NCBI GenBank assembly: GCA_043228905.1
Contig: JBHGNT010000008.1
Span: 19,716,001 to 19,780,000, forward strand
Direction: 5' to 3'
Length of the DNA: 64,000 nt
Origin: Azolla caroliniana
Taxonomy: Eukaryota; Plantae; Polypodiophyta
Shown piece by piece: positions 1 through 13,779 of the stretch (its first letter is position 1; each line of letters begins with the position of its first letter). The notes below the pieces were generated by a model. The model did no database searches. It was not told the origin of the DNA and saw only the letters and a program-made list of their open reading frames with translations. A program made the position numbers and the translations under genes.

Positions 1-69
1 GCGTTGATCTAGACATCCATCCGTGCTGTCATTCGCTGCAAAAACAGGAATCGTGGTCGCCAAAAACTG

Positions 70-503
70 TGTTAACTCTTAGGGCCGGACAATGGCCTAA
101 CACAGGGTGTCTACGGAAGACACTTCACCAAAGGGGTGTTACGGCAACAGGATTAGACTCAACGCTTAATCCGACTTAATTAGGTTACTTAGCATGATCG
201 TCTTTAATAATCACACGCGTAAGATATAACAATGAATGCAGAACGGCAATTAACATAGAGAGATAACACACTAAGCTTTATTAATTAACCGCTCTTCATT
301 ACATTGTATTCGGGCCTTTAAATAGGTTTCCGGTCTGTATTACAAAACGGTGCCATCCGCACCTGTTCGGGATCGGTCCAAATCCGGAACGGCATACCGA
401 TTCCGGTTCGTCCGTCCATACTCATAGCTTAATTACAACCACATTCCTACTACTTAAATAACTCCCCGTTTCACACTCTGGACTCCTTTGCCGGCCGGTA
501 ACA
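70..503 (-). mobile_element. 5' LTR of a minus-strand non-chromovirus gypsy element (Athila/Tat-like) that continues off the left edge; inserted into a chromovirus pol
   Basis: Termini TGTTA...TAACA. Followed on the minus strand by TGGCGACCAC (53-62), complementary to the 3' end of plant tRNA-Arg(UCG)+CCA as recalled. Its LTR end (...CCTAAGAGTTAACA) resembles that of the 33865 element. Confidence 0.75.
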
Positions 504-1891
504 ACAATCAAAAGTAAATTCTCCTAGGACCATCAAAGCTACAAGCAACAACAATTTATGACATGTCACTTGATTTAAGCCTTCTTGATATTATTCGGCA
601 ACAACTTCACTCTGATGATTTAGCTAAGGATGTCTTAGCTCACATTGGTCCAAGCCATGCATCTTGCTCTACATTGCAAGGGTCATCTCAACACAATCAG
701 GAATTTAATTGGCAGGATGGCTTACGCCTCTACACGAATCTCCTTTATGTCCTTGACGGATCACCCCGCCTTCATGGACATTTTAGTATTGCCAAGACCA
801 TGGAGCTAGTGAAGTGCTCATTTTGGTGGCCTCACTTCCAAAACTTTTTCAAAGCTTACATTTATATATGTGACACCTGTTATCATACCAAAATACTCAA
901 GCATCATCCTTACAGCTTGCTACAACATTACCACCCCCAACAAGCCATGGCAGTCTATTTCTATGAATTTCATTACAGATCTACCACCTTCAAAAGTCTT
1001 TGATACTATTTTAACAGTAATGGGTCAATTTACCATGATGATGCATTTTTTGCCATGTGTAAAAGTGCATCAATAGTCAAGAACCACTTGTATCATTATG
1101 TGTGAAGTTTTTCAACACCATGGTCTTCCGAACGATATGATTAGAGATCGTGGTCCTCAATTTATCTCTTGCATTTGGAAGCACTATGGGCAGGCCTCAA
1201 AATATTCTACCAAGGTTACACCTTTCTTTGCCTATACCGGCAGCAATCCTTGATGGTGTATCCTGGATCTTCCCGAGGTCTCACAAAAACATAGTGTGGA
1301 AGATCGCCTCCACCGACTACAAAAAATCCAGTTAGACTTATCTTCACATCTTTAGAAAGCGCAAGCACGCCATAAGGCCGATGCAAATCGACATCATCTT
1401 AAGTCTCCTTTTAAGATTGGTGACCTAGTATGGTTGCTTCGTCATAACATCAAGACTATCCAACTGTGTGGTAAACTCGATTATTAACGCTTAGGTCCTT
1501 TTGTCATCACATCTTGGATTAATGATGCGACATGTCGTCTTAACCTTCCTGCACACATGCGACTTCACCCAGTCTTTCATAGCTCTCTTTTGGAACCTTG
1601 CCACACCTCTTCACTTCCTAATCGTGCCGTGCCACCTCCGGCTTTTGTCCAACTTGCTGATGGCCCCGATTATGAGGTAGCTCCTATCTTCGATTCTAAG
1701 ATTTTGCACAATAAGATCTATTATCTAGTTGATTGGCTTGGCTATCCTCTTAGTGATCGCACGTGGGAAACTACTGATAACATTTGTAATGCTCAAGCTC
1801 TTGTTGACAACTTCCATCACTGCTATCCAAACAAACCTAGCCCTACATTGTTAATGTCAATTTCTACTCACCGTTATCAAAGGAGGGATAG
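504..1891 (+). pseudogene. Degenerate chromovirus (Tcn1/Tf2-like) integrase plus chromodomain
   Basis: Frameshifted motifs: HGHFSIAKTMELV..FWWP, PWQSISMNFITDLP, DRGPQF, LHPVFHSSLLEP, and chromodomain YEVAPIFDSKILHNKIYYLVDWLGYPLSDRTWE. Confidence 0.9.
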
Positions 1892-2342
1892 TGTCATGAA
1901 CATTGTGGCGTCACCCGAAATTGAATCTAGGACCTTATAATACATAATTGAAAACCCCAACCATTAAGATAGCCGATTGTCATATAAAACAATAAAAAGT
2001 ACTTTTGTAATATCTTCATTATTGTAAAAACTTTGGAACATTCTAGAATGTTCTAGAATATCCTAGAACATCTTAGAATATTCTAGGTCTAGAACATTCT
2101 AGAACATTCCAGAAATCTCTAGGTTATGCTATAGGAACCTATAAATAGAGACATACATGTCTTCTCAAATCAATTCGAATCAACACCAGTCTTAAGCTTT
2201 TATCACCTATCTTGTATCTAGTTCCTCTTATTCTCATTCTATCTTAACACACCCATTCTTCTCCTATCATTTCATTCCTTTCTTCTTTTGTTCTCTTCAT
2301 ATCATTCTTCCATCAATCTATCTTTTACTCTTAGTTCTGACA
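1892..2342 (+). repeat. 3' LTR of the chromovirus
   Basis: PPT AAAGGAGGGATAG immediately upstream; termini TGTCA...TGACA; TATA (CTATAAATAG ~2139); multiple TTCTAGAA repeats in U3. Confidence 0.85.
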
Positions 2343-2706
2343 GTTCATGCTAAAATTTGCCTTTTGAATGATTGTCCTAGCACTTAATAAAGTTGATATT
2401 ACTTGGTTTGTGTTTTCTAAACTTGAGTAAGTTGTTGTCATGATCAAATTGATCATTAGTTCAATATCAACAATATGTTATAGCAACTTAGAACTTATCA
2501 TATCTTCTTGCGTTAAGCATCCATGCATATATTCATTTCACCTAGCTCATAATCTAAATTTACATTTTCATCATATGCAAGTGGTTCATTAGTGTTGGAA
2601 GATTGTGCTATAACTTTATCAATCTCTTCAAGGATATCTTCATTAAGTTTGTTTTCTTCATTTGCATTTGTATTAAACGTCATTCCCACCTCCTAATGTT
2701 CGTATT

Positions 2707-3570
2707 TCTAGAAGCTACTTTAAATATTGAATAAAGTATTCTATGTATTAGAAAACTTTTATGTGCACAATAAGTTGACTACGAATAGCTTTAGCCTATA
2801 ACCATGCAGATGGGGACTACCAATTAAGGACCTTCCATGCATGTGGTTCAATTATTAGCCACTTGAAATAATAGAAAGATTTGAAAGGTAACGGATTATT
2901 GTTGCCCATGGGCATGTTGAGGACACATAGAAGAACTCATGGTACCAAGTGAATATCTAAACTCTGACTTATATTAAGGGCATCTATGTGTACATCTAGG
3001 AATATTTTCTAATTAGAATTAGTTCTGTTCGGTAAGGATAAACACCCTCATCAACTCTCCTTGGTTATGTATTGATGAATTGGAATTATGGTTGATGAGC
3101 TTGAAAAAAGCGACAATGAAGAAGTTATAGTTGAGAATGAGATTTTCATGTGTTTGTTAAAACAAATGATTTGGTGCTTCTAGAAAATACTTCAAGTTTT
3201 GAATAAAATCTTCTATGTATTAGAAAACTTTTGTGTGCACAATAAGTTGACTACGAATAGCTTTAGCCTCTAACCATGCATATGGGGGCTAATAGTTAAG
3301 GATGTTCCATGCATGTGGTTCAATTATTAGCCACATGAAATAATAGAAAGATTTGAAAGGTAACGGATTATTAGTGCCCATGAGCATCTTGGGGACACAT
3401 AGAAGAACTCAAAGTACCCAGTGATTATCTAAACTCTAACTTATATTAAGGTGATGCGTGTGTGCACTGTAAGTCGAATACAAATAGCTTTAGCCTCTAA
3501 CCATGCATATGTGGGACTAACAATTAAGGATATTCCATGCATGTGGTTAATTATCAGCCATTTGAAATTT
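2707..3570. repeat. Dispersed/tandem repeat: ~270-bp core in two copies (~2707, ~3179) plus a partial third (~3460)
   Basis: Repeated TTCTATGTATTAGAAAACTTTT..GCACAATAAGTTGACTACGAATAGCTTTAGCCT..AACCATGCA..TTCCATGCATGTGGTT. Confidence 0.75.
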
Positions 3571-4719
3571 CCCAAAACAAGAACTACTATCCCATTAGTT
3601 AAGACAAATTTTTACAAAAAGACTATATAAGGTGTCTTATATATAAATCGGGGAATCACCCCCCATCCGAGTTGAAGAATATGAGACTAGGTACATATCC
3701 ACTCATACTTTCTATTTAATGTAATTAGGTATCTAGAGCCCAATCCTCAATGCTTCAATAGAGGGAGGGTGGGAGGTTTGTAAGAAAAAACCCATGTGGG
3801 GGTTAGTAGTTCCAACTCGGGCCATTAATAGAAAGTTTAAAATGCATTGGGCTTCGAGTTCCCTTTAGTGAATGTGGGAACAACGGTTTACTAAAATCTT
3901 TCTATCTCCAACTTCACAAATCTACAAAGGTCACCCTTCAATTTGCGTATATCCAAAATTGCTCTAAGAACCATCCTACTGAACATATTAAAAGTTAAAA
4001 CATTTGGTGTATAGAACATTTCAATCTTGAGCTGCCTCATTTCAGTTAGACCATGACTAACTTAGAAGCCTATATATAAGAAATAAAAAATGGACTCACA
4101 CCCTAAGCTAGAGCCCCAACGCCAATTCCTTTTGCTAAGCACAAAGACCTTAACCCAATTAGATGCAATTATCTTTTAAAATTATTTCCTAAATTCCAAC
4201 GAAGTTGACTATGGGGTGAATTGCGAGTTTAAACATCATGAGCTTATTATATATCAATGTTTATTAACATATCGGTAGTTGGAATACTTAAGTTGTACTT
4301 TCAAGTCTCTTATATCTTTGTTAACAAAATATATCTAGATAATAGAGAGTTTGAATGCATATTAAAGGCTCTTGTAATTAGGAGAGGAATCGTGAGAATA
4401 ATGAAGCCTTTGTGGTTGTCATCGATGGAAGGTATCCCTCAAATTATGACTACCCTATGAGTAAACAAACATGCCCTAAGGATGGACACCCCATGCTCTA
4501 CATCTAGAGCCTAGGTTATGATAAAAAACTCAAGAAAAATATATTTCTTGCCACTTTTCTTGAACTCATGCAAAACTCTTTTGCATGATTAATAATGTGT
4601 AACATTTGTCTCTCGTTGCAAGAGATTCGAGGTACAAAGTGTGTGTGATAGCTCTTTGAACCACATTACCACATTATCAGTATACTATTTTTAAATTAAT
4701 AACAATCCCTAATTAAATT

Positions 4720-5402
4720 ATTTTTGCCAAAAGAGATTTTCAAGCACTTGATAAATGGTGGAGAACTAGGATGCATTGAAAATGTTCTTTTGGTTGCCTA
4801 AGGTGTCATGTGCCATTTGTTTAAGGTGACGTACCTCCTTGAAACCATGATTGCCCTTTGCATAGATGAGTAGAGAGGATCGACATCCTAAGGTTGACCC
4901 CATGTGCTACTCGTAGAGGGATTGATAGTAATTCTCAATTGAAAATTTAAATTTTATGAACGTTTTGTTTACAAAATATGTTTTCAAGCTCTTGACAAAT
5001 GGTGTAGAAGTAGGCCATGTTGGGAACGTTCTCTTCATTACCAAAGGAGAGCCATTTCATTGAGAGGGGGGACCCCCCTGAAACTGTGATTGAGAGATAG
5101 ACAAACAAAGAGGATCTATAGGTTAAGGTTGAAGACCCCATCGACTAATCCTAGGAGAATTAATAATAATCCCTGAATTAAAATTTTCAATTCTATGAAC
5201 ATTTTGTTAGCAAAAGAGATTTCCATGCAATTACAAACGGTAGAGAACCATAAAGTGTTGAGAACGTTCTCTTCGTTGCCAAAGGAGTCATGTGCCATTG
5301 ATTGGGGGGACACCCCCTGAAACCATGATTGCCATGTAAGTAAACAAACACAAAGGATTTACACCTTAAAATTGAGGGACCCATTTGCTAAGCGTAGAGG
5401 GT
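4720..5402. repeat. Degenerate tandem repeat, ~240-bp unit, three copies
   Basis: Repeated TTTTG..CAAAA.A..T....AAATGGT..AGAA....GTTCT.TT..TT.CC.AAGG.G.CAT....CCCCTGAAAC at ~4722, ~4963 and ~5202. Confidence 0.7.
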
Positions 5403-5823
5403 TGGGCTAACTTGAAAGAAGTAAGGGGCCAATAGGATTCACATTACTCTCATTAAACCTATACAATATTTATTGTTTAATTATTTTCTACATATTTAGA
5501 GTCTATTTTGGTTTTGAAGAGACTACAATTATGATCATTACAGTCCAACATCATTGAATATTATAAACACGTGACAACACCGACTTAAGTTTAATATTAA
5601 TCCCTAATGGGAAGACATGGTTCCTTTTCTTAGAATATTATGGAATATGCATAGATGCGCATCTTTTTCAACCTATATTTTAATACATTGGACATGCATT
5701 TTATTATATTTGACAATGACGTAAAATTTAGGCGACAACATTGAATTAGTATGACGTGGAGGATGGAGGATCCTTGACCTTGAGAGGCATATTTCTATCG
5801 TTGACATTATTATCTATCAGTAT

Positions 5824-5835
5824 CTCTCTCTCTCT

Positions 5836-5868
<33 letters not shown>

Positions 5869-5876
5869 TATATATC
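5824..5876. repeat. (CT)n(AT)n compound microsatellite
   Basis: Directly visible in the sequence. Confidence 0.9.
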
Positions 5877-5969
5877 ATAGTACAAGCACAAGCAAACATA
5901 ATGACGGGAAGTTAGTATTCGACAAAAGAAATAAACCTAGTGTTCAATATTGAGCAACCACCATATATA

Positions 5970-6486
5970 ATGAAAAATCAATGTATTAGTTATGCACCTC
6001 TTACTCTTCTATTAGTATTGATAAGTTGTTTTGTTGGTTGCATAGTGCAACCATAACAAAATCAATTTCTAAATGCACATAATGTGGAGAGGCAAAAATT
6101 GGGAATTTGACTTCTAGTTTGGAGTAAAACATTGGAAGACTATGCCAACAAATATGCCATAAGCCAAGATAAACCCCAAGCTGGTTGTATTACGCCATTC
6201 CAAAGGTCCTTATGGAGAGAACATGTATCGGTATTGGACTACCACTTGTGCCCTAGCAACACCTAATCAAGCCTTGACAGATTGGATATCTGAGAAGCGA
6301 TACTACAACTACAAGACCAACACTTCTGTAAGTGGGCAACAATGCAGCCACTATACACAAGTGGTGTGGGCCAAGACATGGCGTGTTGGATGCGTCGCTC
6401 ATAAATGCACCTCCAACCCCCTTGCAACATACATCATATGCAACTACGACCCCCCTGGAAACTATATCAGCCAACATCCATACTAA
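5970..6486 (+). pseudogene. Pathogenesis-related protein 1 (CAP/SCP superfamily) pseudogene, intronless
   Basis: MKNQCISYAPLTLLLVLISCFVG (signal-peptide-like)...QFLNAHNVERQKLG..LVWSKTLEDYA..[frameshift]..LRHSKGPYGEN...CSHYTQVVWAKTWRVGC..IICNYDPPGNY..QHPY. Stops at 6054 (TAA) and 6108 (TGA). Confidence 0.92.
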
Positions 6487-7039
6487 ATATCCATCTTATT
6501 GTCATGCATTTCCACTTTCGATTACATGGGTTCCTAATTCATCTAAGCTAAGTGATGGTTTACCCTCCTCCATCTCTTTCTAATTGCTCCCAAATCATAT
6601 GTATCATTAATAAGACAAAGTGTTTTGTTTTCACTTTCCCATGTTATTTTGAAAGTATTTTGCTAATATTTATAATTCATTCACCTAATCATTTATCTCA
6701 TCTTTGAAGTGTCACCAATTTATAAGACACCTAATTAGTTGATAACCGTAGATATTATACTTTACGAGACAACTAATTCTGTTGAATCGTTAAGTGTTAA
6801 GAGACAAAATGGCCTTTAGGAGTCCATGAGAGAATTTTGATTAGAAAGGATAAAAAGATTATTTATTTCGTATAGTATTCTTATTAAAATCCAATTACAA
6901 AATTTAATGTACTCTCACACATATTTCTTGTGCTCTTACAAAGACTTAATAAACATCAACAGATTGTCAATATAAATGATAATAAATTTATCCAAATAAT
7001 CTCAAAATATTTCATTCCCAAGTGTACAAAAAGTTTTTT

Positions 7040-8040
7040 GTGCTCAGGTTAAGCCAAAACTCATCACGAACCACTCAAAACTTCTGTATCTAGTTCGTAA
7101 CGCAATTTTCTCAATGTCTTCTATGGCTATTCGGATCCAATGATATCCGGATCGTAAATCAATGTGAGAGAAATATTGGGCTCTTTGTAACTAATCCAAT
7201 AAGCTAGGTATCAAAGGTAACAAATACTTACTTTTTATTGTAATCTTATTGAGTGATCTATACTCCAGAGACATACATAGTGTGCGTCTTTCTTGGCCAC
7301 GAAAATTATGGGTGCACCATAAGGTGAGTTGCTTGGTCAAATAAACCCACATGCTTCTAGCTCCCACAGTTGACATTTGAGTTCTTCTAATTGAGCAACA
7401 CTCATGTGATATGGCGCTTTGGCAGGTGGTATGCTCCTTGGCACAATTTGAATTTTATGGTTGATTGCTCTTTGTGGTGGCAACGCGTTTGGTAATTCCC
7501 TTGTTAGCACATCATTGAATTGTTCGATTATTTTCTTGAAGTTGTCTTCACCTAGTTATACCCTACTTGTCGTTCGTGGATTTGTGAGTAGGGCCTAATA
7601 GAGAAAACGTTGACCGCCCTTCCTCAAAGCTCTATTTGCCACCTTTGCAATGCATAGCCTTGCTACCATGAATGTTGCTTTTGCCATTATGTTTTGATTT
7701 GTACCATTGTGTTTCCTGTGCATGCTCATAATCACCTGCGTTTCTATTGTCGTTATCCAACAAACTTTTATCCACTTTCTGCAAAACTAGTTAATGAAAA
7801 ATTTGTCAATCCATTCTAGGCCCAAACTTGCCTCAAAGCCATCCATGTCGACAGCTAAAAAGGGTGTAGGTATTTGTGGACCCCTGCACAAAGTTGGCGG
7901 ACAAATTGGTTAATGGTTTTAGCTCCAATCTCGACCTCTTGGCACACATAGCCATGATAAAGTTAGGGTTTGCCCCATTATCCACCACAGCTTCGCAACT
8001 GGGCCTGTCAATTTTTACTTTGAGAAGAATGTTTTTGTTT
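7040..8040 (-). pseudogene. Degenerate gypsy pol fragment (protease and RT)
   Basis: AVVDNGANPNFI (protease-like), LPNALPPQRAINHKI, EYRSLNKITIKSKYLLPLI, DLRSGYH, FEWFVMSFGLT. Confidence 0.85.
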
Positions 8041-8150
8041 CGAACTTCTTTTGCATTATGTGCATTTTCAAGCAAATTGCAGCTACATAACAAAACAACA
8101 AGATCATCAATGTGTTGATCTTCCATTTTAATGACTTCAACATTAATAAT

Positions 8151-11100
8151 TGTTGAGAGACAAGCTCAACATCGGCCGGTTCGGCTGAAGAAGCCGAGGA
8201 CCGGATCGGTTGGGACCGATCGGTTAGGCCGAGTGCGTAAACCGAGAGGTCGTTAGGAAAGATATTCCGTGAGGAATATATTTGGGAGTTAGTGTAGGAG
8301 CTCTTGATGAGCATTGAAGTACTATCAGTACTTCGGTCAGTCCTTCTAGGGCTTGTATAAAAGTGTTCACTGAGCACGTCTTATGTACAGACTGAGTATT
8401 ATTGTTGAATATAGTTTTTTGTGTCTTCTCTCTCACTCTCTCTGTCTCTCCCGCGTATACCGTGTAAGCTCAAGCTCTCCATTAAACCTGAGTTTCCTTC
8501 CTTCTGTTCGGTCTTCATACTTGCTTCCACACATTACTTTCTACATGGTATCAGAGCGCGAGGGTTGAGAACCTCTCTGCAGCCGACACAGCTTGACGAA
8601 GAAGAACGAGAAGAACGGTGGATAGAGGCATGGCGAGCTCGCTTCCAACAGAGAAGCTCGACAGAACCAACTACGCGTCTTGGTCCTACAAGATGCACCA
8701 GTACCTGCTCGGGCACGACTACTGGAGTTATGTCGAAGGAGCTAATGACGCTGCACCCGAATCGACACACAAAGACTTCCCGTCGTGGGAGCAATCGGCG
8801 AGCAGGGTATTGTCCTACTTCGCGTCGTGTGTGGGCGAACAACTATTGAGCTATGTTCGGGATGCAAAGACGCCGAAGGGTGCGTGGGAAAATATGAAGA
8901 AGATCTTCGCCGCGAGCACCACAGCCAAGAAGCTCCAGCTCCGACAAGAGTTGAGCAACCTACAACAACGCGACTTGTCGGTGGCGGACTATACCTCGAA
9001 GATCAAGGATATCTGCGACTCCCTCGCCTCCATAGATGTGAACATCGAGGAGAGCGAGATGGTCCAGATCTGTCTCGGAGGTTTGGCGTCGATGTTTGGA
9101 GCGTTCTGAACGGCTGTGTGTACCCGGGAGAATACGTCGTCCTTTTTCGACTTACAGTCGATGCTCCTGGTAGAGGAGAACCACGCGGGTGCGTCTACAA
9201 GCACGCACATCGACAGCAGAATGCTGTACACGGAGGGAGATAGGCCCCGAGGACGTGGAGGATGAGGCGAGTCGGCACGCAATGGAGGCGGCCAACGAGA
9301 TCAAGGAAGAAGGCACCGAAGTGATGCCGATAGCAACTCCGGACCCTCCGGAAACAGGGGGAGTCGAAGCGATGAGAACCGGCAAGGGAAGGCCATCGCA
9401 GAGTGCTGGTATTGTGGCAAGAAAGGCCACAGGGAAAGTGAGTGCTAGAAGAAGTGCGCCGATTCGGAGAGAAACGGCTCCAGACATACCGACAAGGGAA
9501 ATCGGCAACAATCGCACTACGCCGAAGACTCCGGGAGAGTCGGAGAAGGGTCTGCCTTCGTGACGAGACACGAAGCAAACTCAATGAAACAAAGCACCCC
9601 GAGATCGGACAAGGTGTGGTACGTAGACTCCGGCGCGTCAAACCACATGACGAGCCATAAGGAGTGGTTCTCGTACCTTGAAAAACCGATACAACCTGGA
9701 GTAGTCGCAACAGGAGACGACACTCCGCATCCGATCGCGAATGTCGGAGAAGTTCCCCTTAGCCATGTCAGACAGAAAGGGAAACTCATGAACGTGCTAC
9801 ACGTTCCGACAATCACAAAAAATCTGGTCTCGGTCGGACAGATCATCGACCAAGGGATGGAGGTCCGGTTTACACACCTTGGGTGCTTCATTGAGGAAGA
9901 AGGCCGTGTGATTGCGCAAGGGCGCAGAGATGGGAGGATGTTCATCCTCGACTCCACTGACGGCGGCACCGCAATGTTCGCAAAGGGAAGAAAAACCGAG
10001 TAGGACATCGACTTGTGGCATAAGCGGATAGGCCACGTCAACTACCAGCGGCTTCAAGATCTGCAATCGAAACAGGTAGTGTTCGGATTGCCCAAATTTA
10101 GTGGCAGAAAGGCACAAATTTGTGAAGCCTGCTAGCTCGGGAAGCAACACCGACTTCCTTTCCCCAACGAGCGAAACCGGAGCCGGAATAAGCTCGACCT
10201 TATACACTCCGATGTATGGGGGCACAAAATGTTAGTCTTGGCGGGAGCCGATATTTCGTCTCCTTCATCGACGACCACACGCGGCACACGTGGATCTATC
10301 TCCTTGAGAGAAAGAGCGAAGTCTTCGATTGTTTCCGTGACCTACAGGACGAAAGATCAAGTGCCTGCGGTCGGATGGCGGAAAAGAGTACTTTTCCGGT
10401 CAATTCAACGGTTATCTACAACAAATGGGAATTCGCCGCGAATTCAGTTGTAGATACACGCCGGAGCAGAACGGCATGGCTGAGAGGAAGAATCGGTCAG
10501 TTGTGGAAGCGGCACGGGCAATGCTGGAGGAGAAGAGCTTGCCCAAGTTCTACTGGGCCGAGGCGGTAAGGACTGCGGTATACATCCAGAACCGGATCAG
10601 AGACAAAGTGTCAGTGCACGAGCTATATTTCGGAACGAAGCCGAACTTACGACACTTGAAGATGTTCGGTAGCATTGCGTATGTGCATGTACCGAAGGAG
10701 AAAAGAAGGAAGCTGGACGCAAAGGCCGAGAAATGCATCTTGGTCGGTTACTCGGACGAGCAGAAGGGTTATAAGTGCTATAACCCTCGCACCAAACAAG
10801 CGCGTGTTAGCCGCGACGTTGTGGTTGACGAGTCCGCGTCCTGGTACAAGCCCCCGACTCCAAACCCCGAGTCCAATCCGTGTTCTGATGATGAGGTCAG
10901 CGAGGCCGAGATGCCTCCAGATGAGCCCGAAATCGAGACCCGCGAAGAGAGTCTGATTTCACTCCGCTTAAGTGGACCGATTGGATGACTGAGTCAGTAC
11001 GATCAGTCAGATGAAGAGTCGGCGAGTAGTGGAGACTCGGCCGTGCATTCCCCGCGCAGGAAGCCGAGGAGACGGCTTACGCGCAAAGAGAAAGGGAAGA

Positions 11101-13779
11101 AGAAGGTGTCAGATTCCGGCACGGATAAGAACGAGTCAGACCGACGCGAGTCCGACTTCGAGGGAACCGGTGACGGGACTTTAAAGGTGAAGTTCGCATC
11201 GACCGAGAAGGCCTCGACATCGGCTAATGTGAGATTACGCCAATCTACCCGCCAGAAGAATCCTGTTTTGCGGTTCGGATACAACGAGTACATGGCGCAT
11301 CATTATGCGTACATGACTCGTGTAGCGGAAGTGCGTGAGCCGGAAACTACGCAGAAGCGGCTAAAGACGCGAATTGTCGTGCTGCAATGGAGGAAGAGAT
11401 ACACGCATTGGCAGAGAACGAGACCTCGGACCTGGTTGAGGCACCGAAGGGGGTAAAACCGATCGGGTGTAGGTGGGTGTACAAGGTCAAGTACAACACC
11501 GATGGCTCGGTCAACCGGTACAAGTCTCGGCTAGTGGCAAAGGGCTACGCGCAGAAACACGGCATCGACTACGATGAGACGTTTGCGCCAGTCGCGAAAA
11601 TGACGACCGTCCGTGTTTTGCTCGCAGTAGCCGCGGCCAAGGGGTGGCACTTACATCAGATGGATGTAAAGAATGCGTTCCTGCAAGGTGACCTTGAGGA
11701 ACAGGTGTACATGGTACAGCCCCCCGGATTTCACTCTGGAACGAACTCCTCGGCAGTATGCCGACTAAAGAAGTCCCTTTACGGACTGAAGCAAGCCCCG
11801 CGTGCCTGGAACGCGAAGATCACGCAACAACTGCGTTGGATGGGCTTCATCACGTCAAAATCGGACTCTTCCCTATTCATCCGGAAAGGTCGACTCGGAC
11901 CGGTTAGTATTTTACTATATATTGATGACTTGGTCATCACCGGCGCCGACCTAGGTGAAATCGACCGCGTGAAGCTCCAGCTTGCGGCATCGTTCAACAT
12001 GAAGGATCTGGGGGACCTTCATTACTTCCTCGTGATCGAAGTGATCCGTACCCTCGAAGGCATATTGATCAGCCAACGTCATTACGTGTTGGGTATGCTC
12101 TTCAAACTCGGGATGGCCGACTGTAAGTCCGTCTCGACTCCTCTGGACAAAACCATCAAGCTTCTTCCCGATACGGGAAAGGTTGTCGGAAGCCTCATAT
12201 ACTTGACCATCACCCGACCCGACCTCAGTTATCCAGTCGGGGTGATCAGTCAATTCATGGCGCGACCTACCGAGGAGCACCTTCAGTGTGCGCAACGCAT
12301 ACTTTGGTATGTCAACGGCACTAAGGACCGGGGACTGCTATATCGGACCAGTGCAGCCGCGTAGTTAGTCGGCTACACTGATGTTGATTGGGCTGGCAAT
12401 GCCGCCGATCGCCGATCCACGTCCGGATACGCGTTCTCCCTCGGGAGTGCCGCGATCGCATGGTGCAGTAAGAAGCAGCCGACAGTTGCATTGTCGAGCA
12501 CCGAAGCTGAGTACCGAGGAGTGGTTGTCGCGACATGCGAAGCCATATGGTTGAAGTGGCTACTTAAGGATCTGCAAGTGGAGGTGTCAGATCTGACGAC
12601 GATCTACTGCGACAACCTCAGCAGCATCCAGCTGGCGGAGAACCCCGTTTTCCATGCACGGACCAAGCACATTGAGGTGCACTACCATTTCGTCCGTGAG
12701 CGTGTCCTTTCCAGTGAAGTCAAACTTCAGTACGTGCCGACGGATCGGCAGACTGCCGACATCTTCACAAAGCCGCTTGGTCTGGACAAGTTGCGGCAAT
12801 TCTCAGGTGCACTCGGGTTGCGTCACCTCGATGTGCCGAACTTGAGGGGGAGAACAATCCCGAACAACCAAGCAAGGCAGCAGGAAAGGAGTGGAGACTG
12901 TGACACCGAGTCCGAGTCGGTAGACTCGGTTGTCGAGTTCGAGTTCGGATCGGCTGAAGAAGCCGAGGGCGGACCCACGGAAAAGTCCGAAAGCGGACAG
13001 AAGGGGAGCAGCCGAAGGAGAGAGCCGATGCCAACCACGCATGGGGGAGATGACGCAATCGAGGACGAGAAGACCGAAGACGAGTTGGAGACAGCCAACT
13101 CGGACGAGAGCGAAAATCGATCGGAAGTAGCCGAGTCGGTTCGGATGTTTGATTCAGACACGCTGAATCAACCGAGGCCCAAGCGGAAGAAAAGGCAGCA
13201 GGAGAAGCGTCAACACCGCAACAACAAAAGAGCTAAGGGCCGCATGAGCAGACAAGCCGACCGAAAGGGTCGAAGCGCGTGGAGTCGAACAGGTCGAGGA
13301 GCGCGAGCGAGGCATGAAGCCAGGAGGAACCAGAGCTGTTTGCCCGAGGATCCCAAAGAGACTCAAGTTGAGCTTGAGGGGGGGTGTTGAGAGACAAGCT
13401 CAACATCGGCCGGTTCGGCTGAAGAAGCCGAGGACCGGATCGGTTGGAACCGATCGGTTAGGCCGAGTGCGTAAACCGGGAGGTCGTTAGGAAAGATATT
13501 CCGTGAGGAATATATTTGGGAGTTAGTGTAGGAGCTCTTGATGAGCATTGAAGTACTGTCAGTACTTCGGTCAGTCCTTCTAGGGCTTGTATAAAAGTGT
13601 TCACTGAGCACGTCTTATGTACAGACTAAGTATTATTGTTGAATATTGTTTTTTGTGTCTTCTCTCTCACTCTCTCTGTCTCTCCCGCATATATCGTGTA
13701 AGCTCAAGCTCTCCATTAAACCTGAGTTTCCTTCCTTCTGTTCGGTCTTCATACTTGCTTCCGCACGTTACTTTCTACA
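8151..13779 (+). mobile_element. Full-length Ty1/copia LTR retrotransposon (degenerate)
   Basis: 395-bp LTRs at 8151-8545 and 13385-13779 (TG...CA, about 9 substitutions by eye); TSD ATAAT; tRNA-iMet PBS TGGTATCAGAGC at 8546; PPT before 13385; gag-PR-IN-RT-RH order. Confidence 0.97.
8630..13390 (+). pseudogene. copia gag-pol with stops and frameshifts; ~180-aa acidic/basic tail after RNase H
   Basis: [76 protein letters not shown]. Confidence 0.93.

Noticed and set aside
6054-6110. Stops repairable by U-to-C RNA editing
   Set aside because: Such editing is organellar, the context is nuclear, and a frameshift is also present; cytosine deamination explains the stops more simply.
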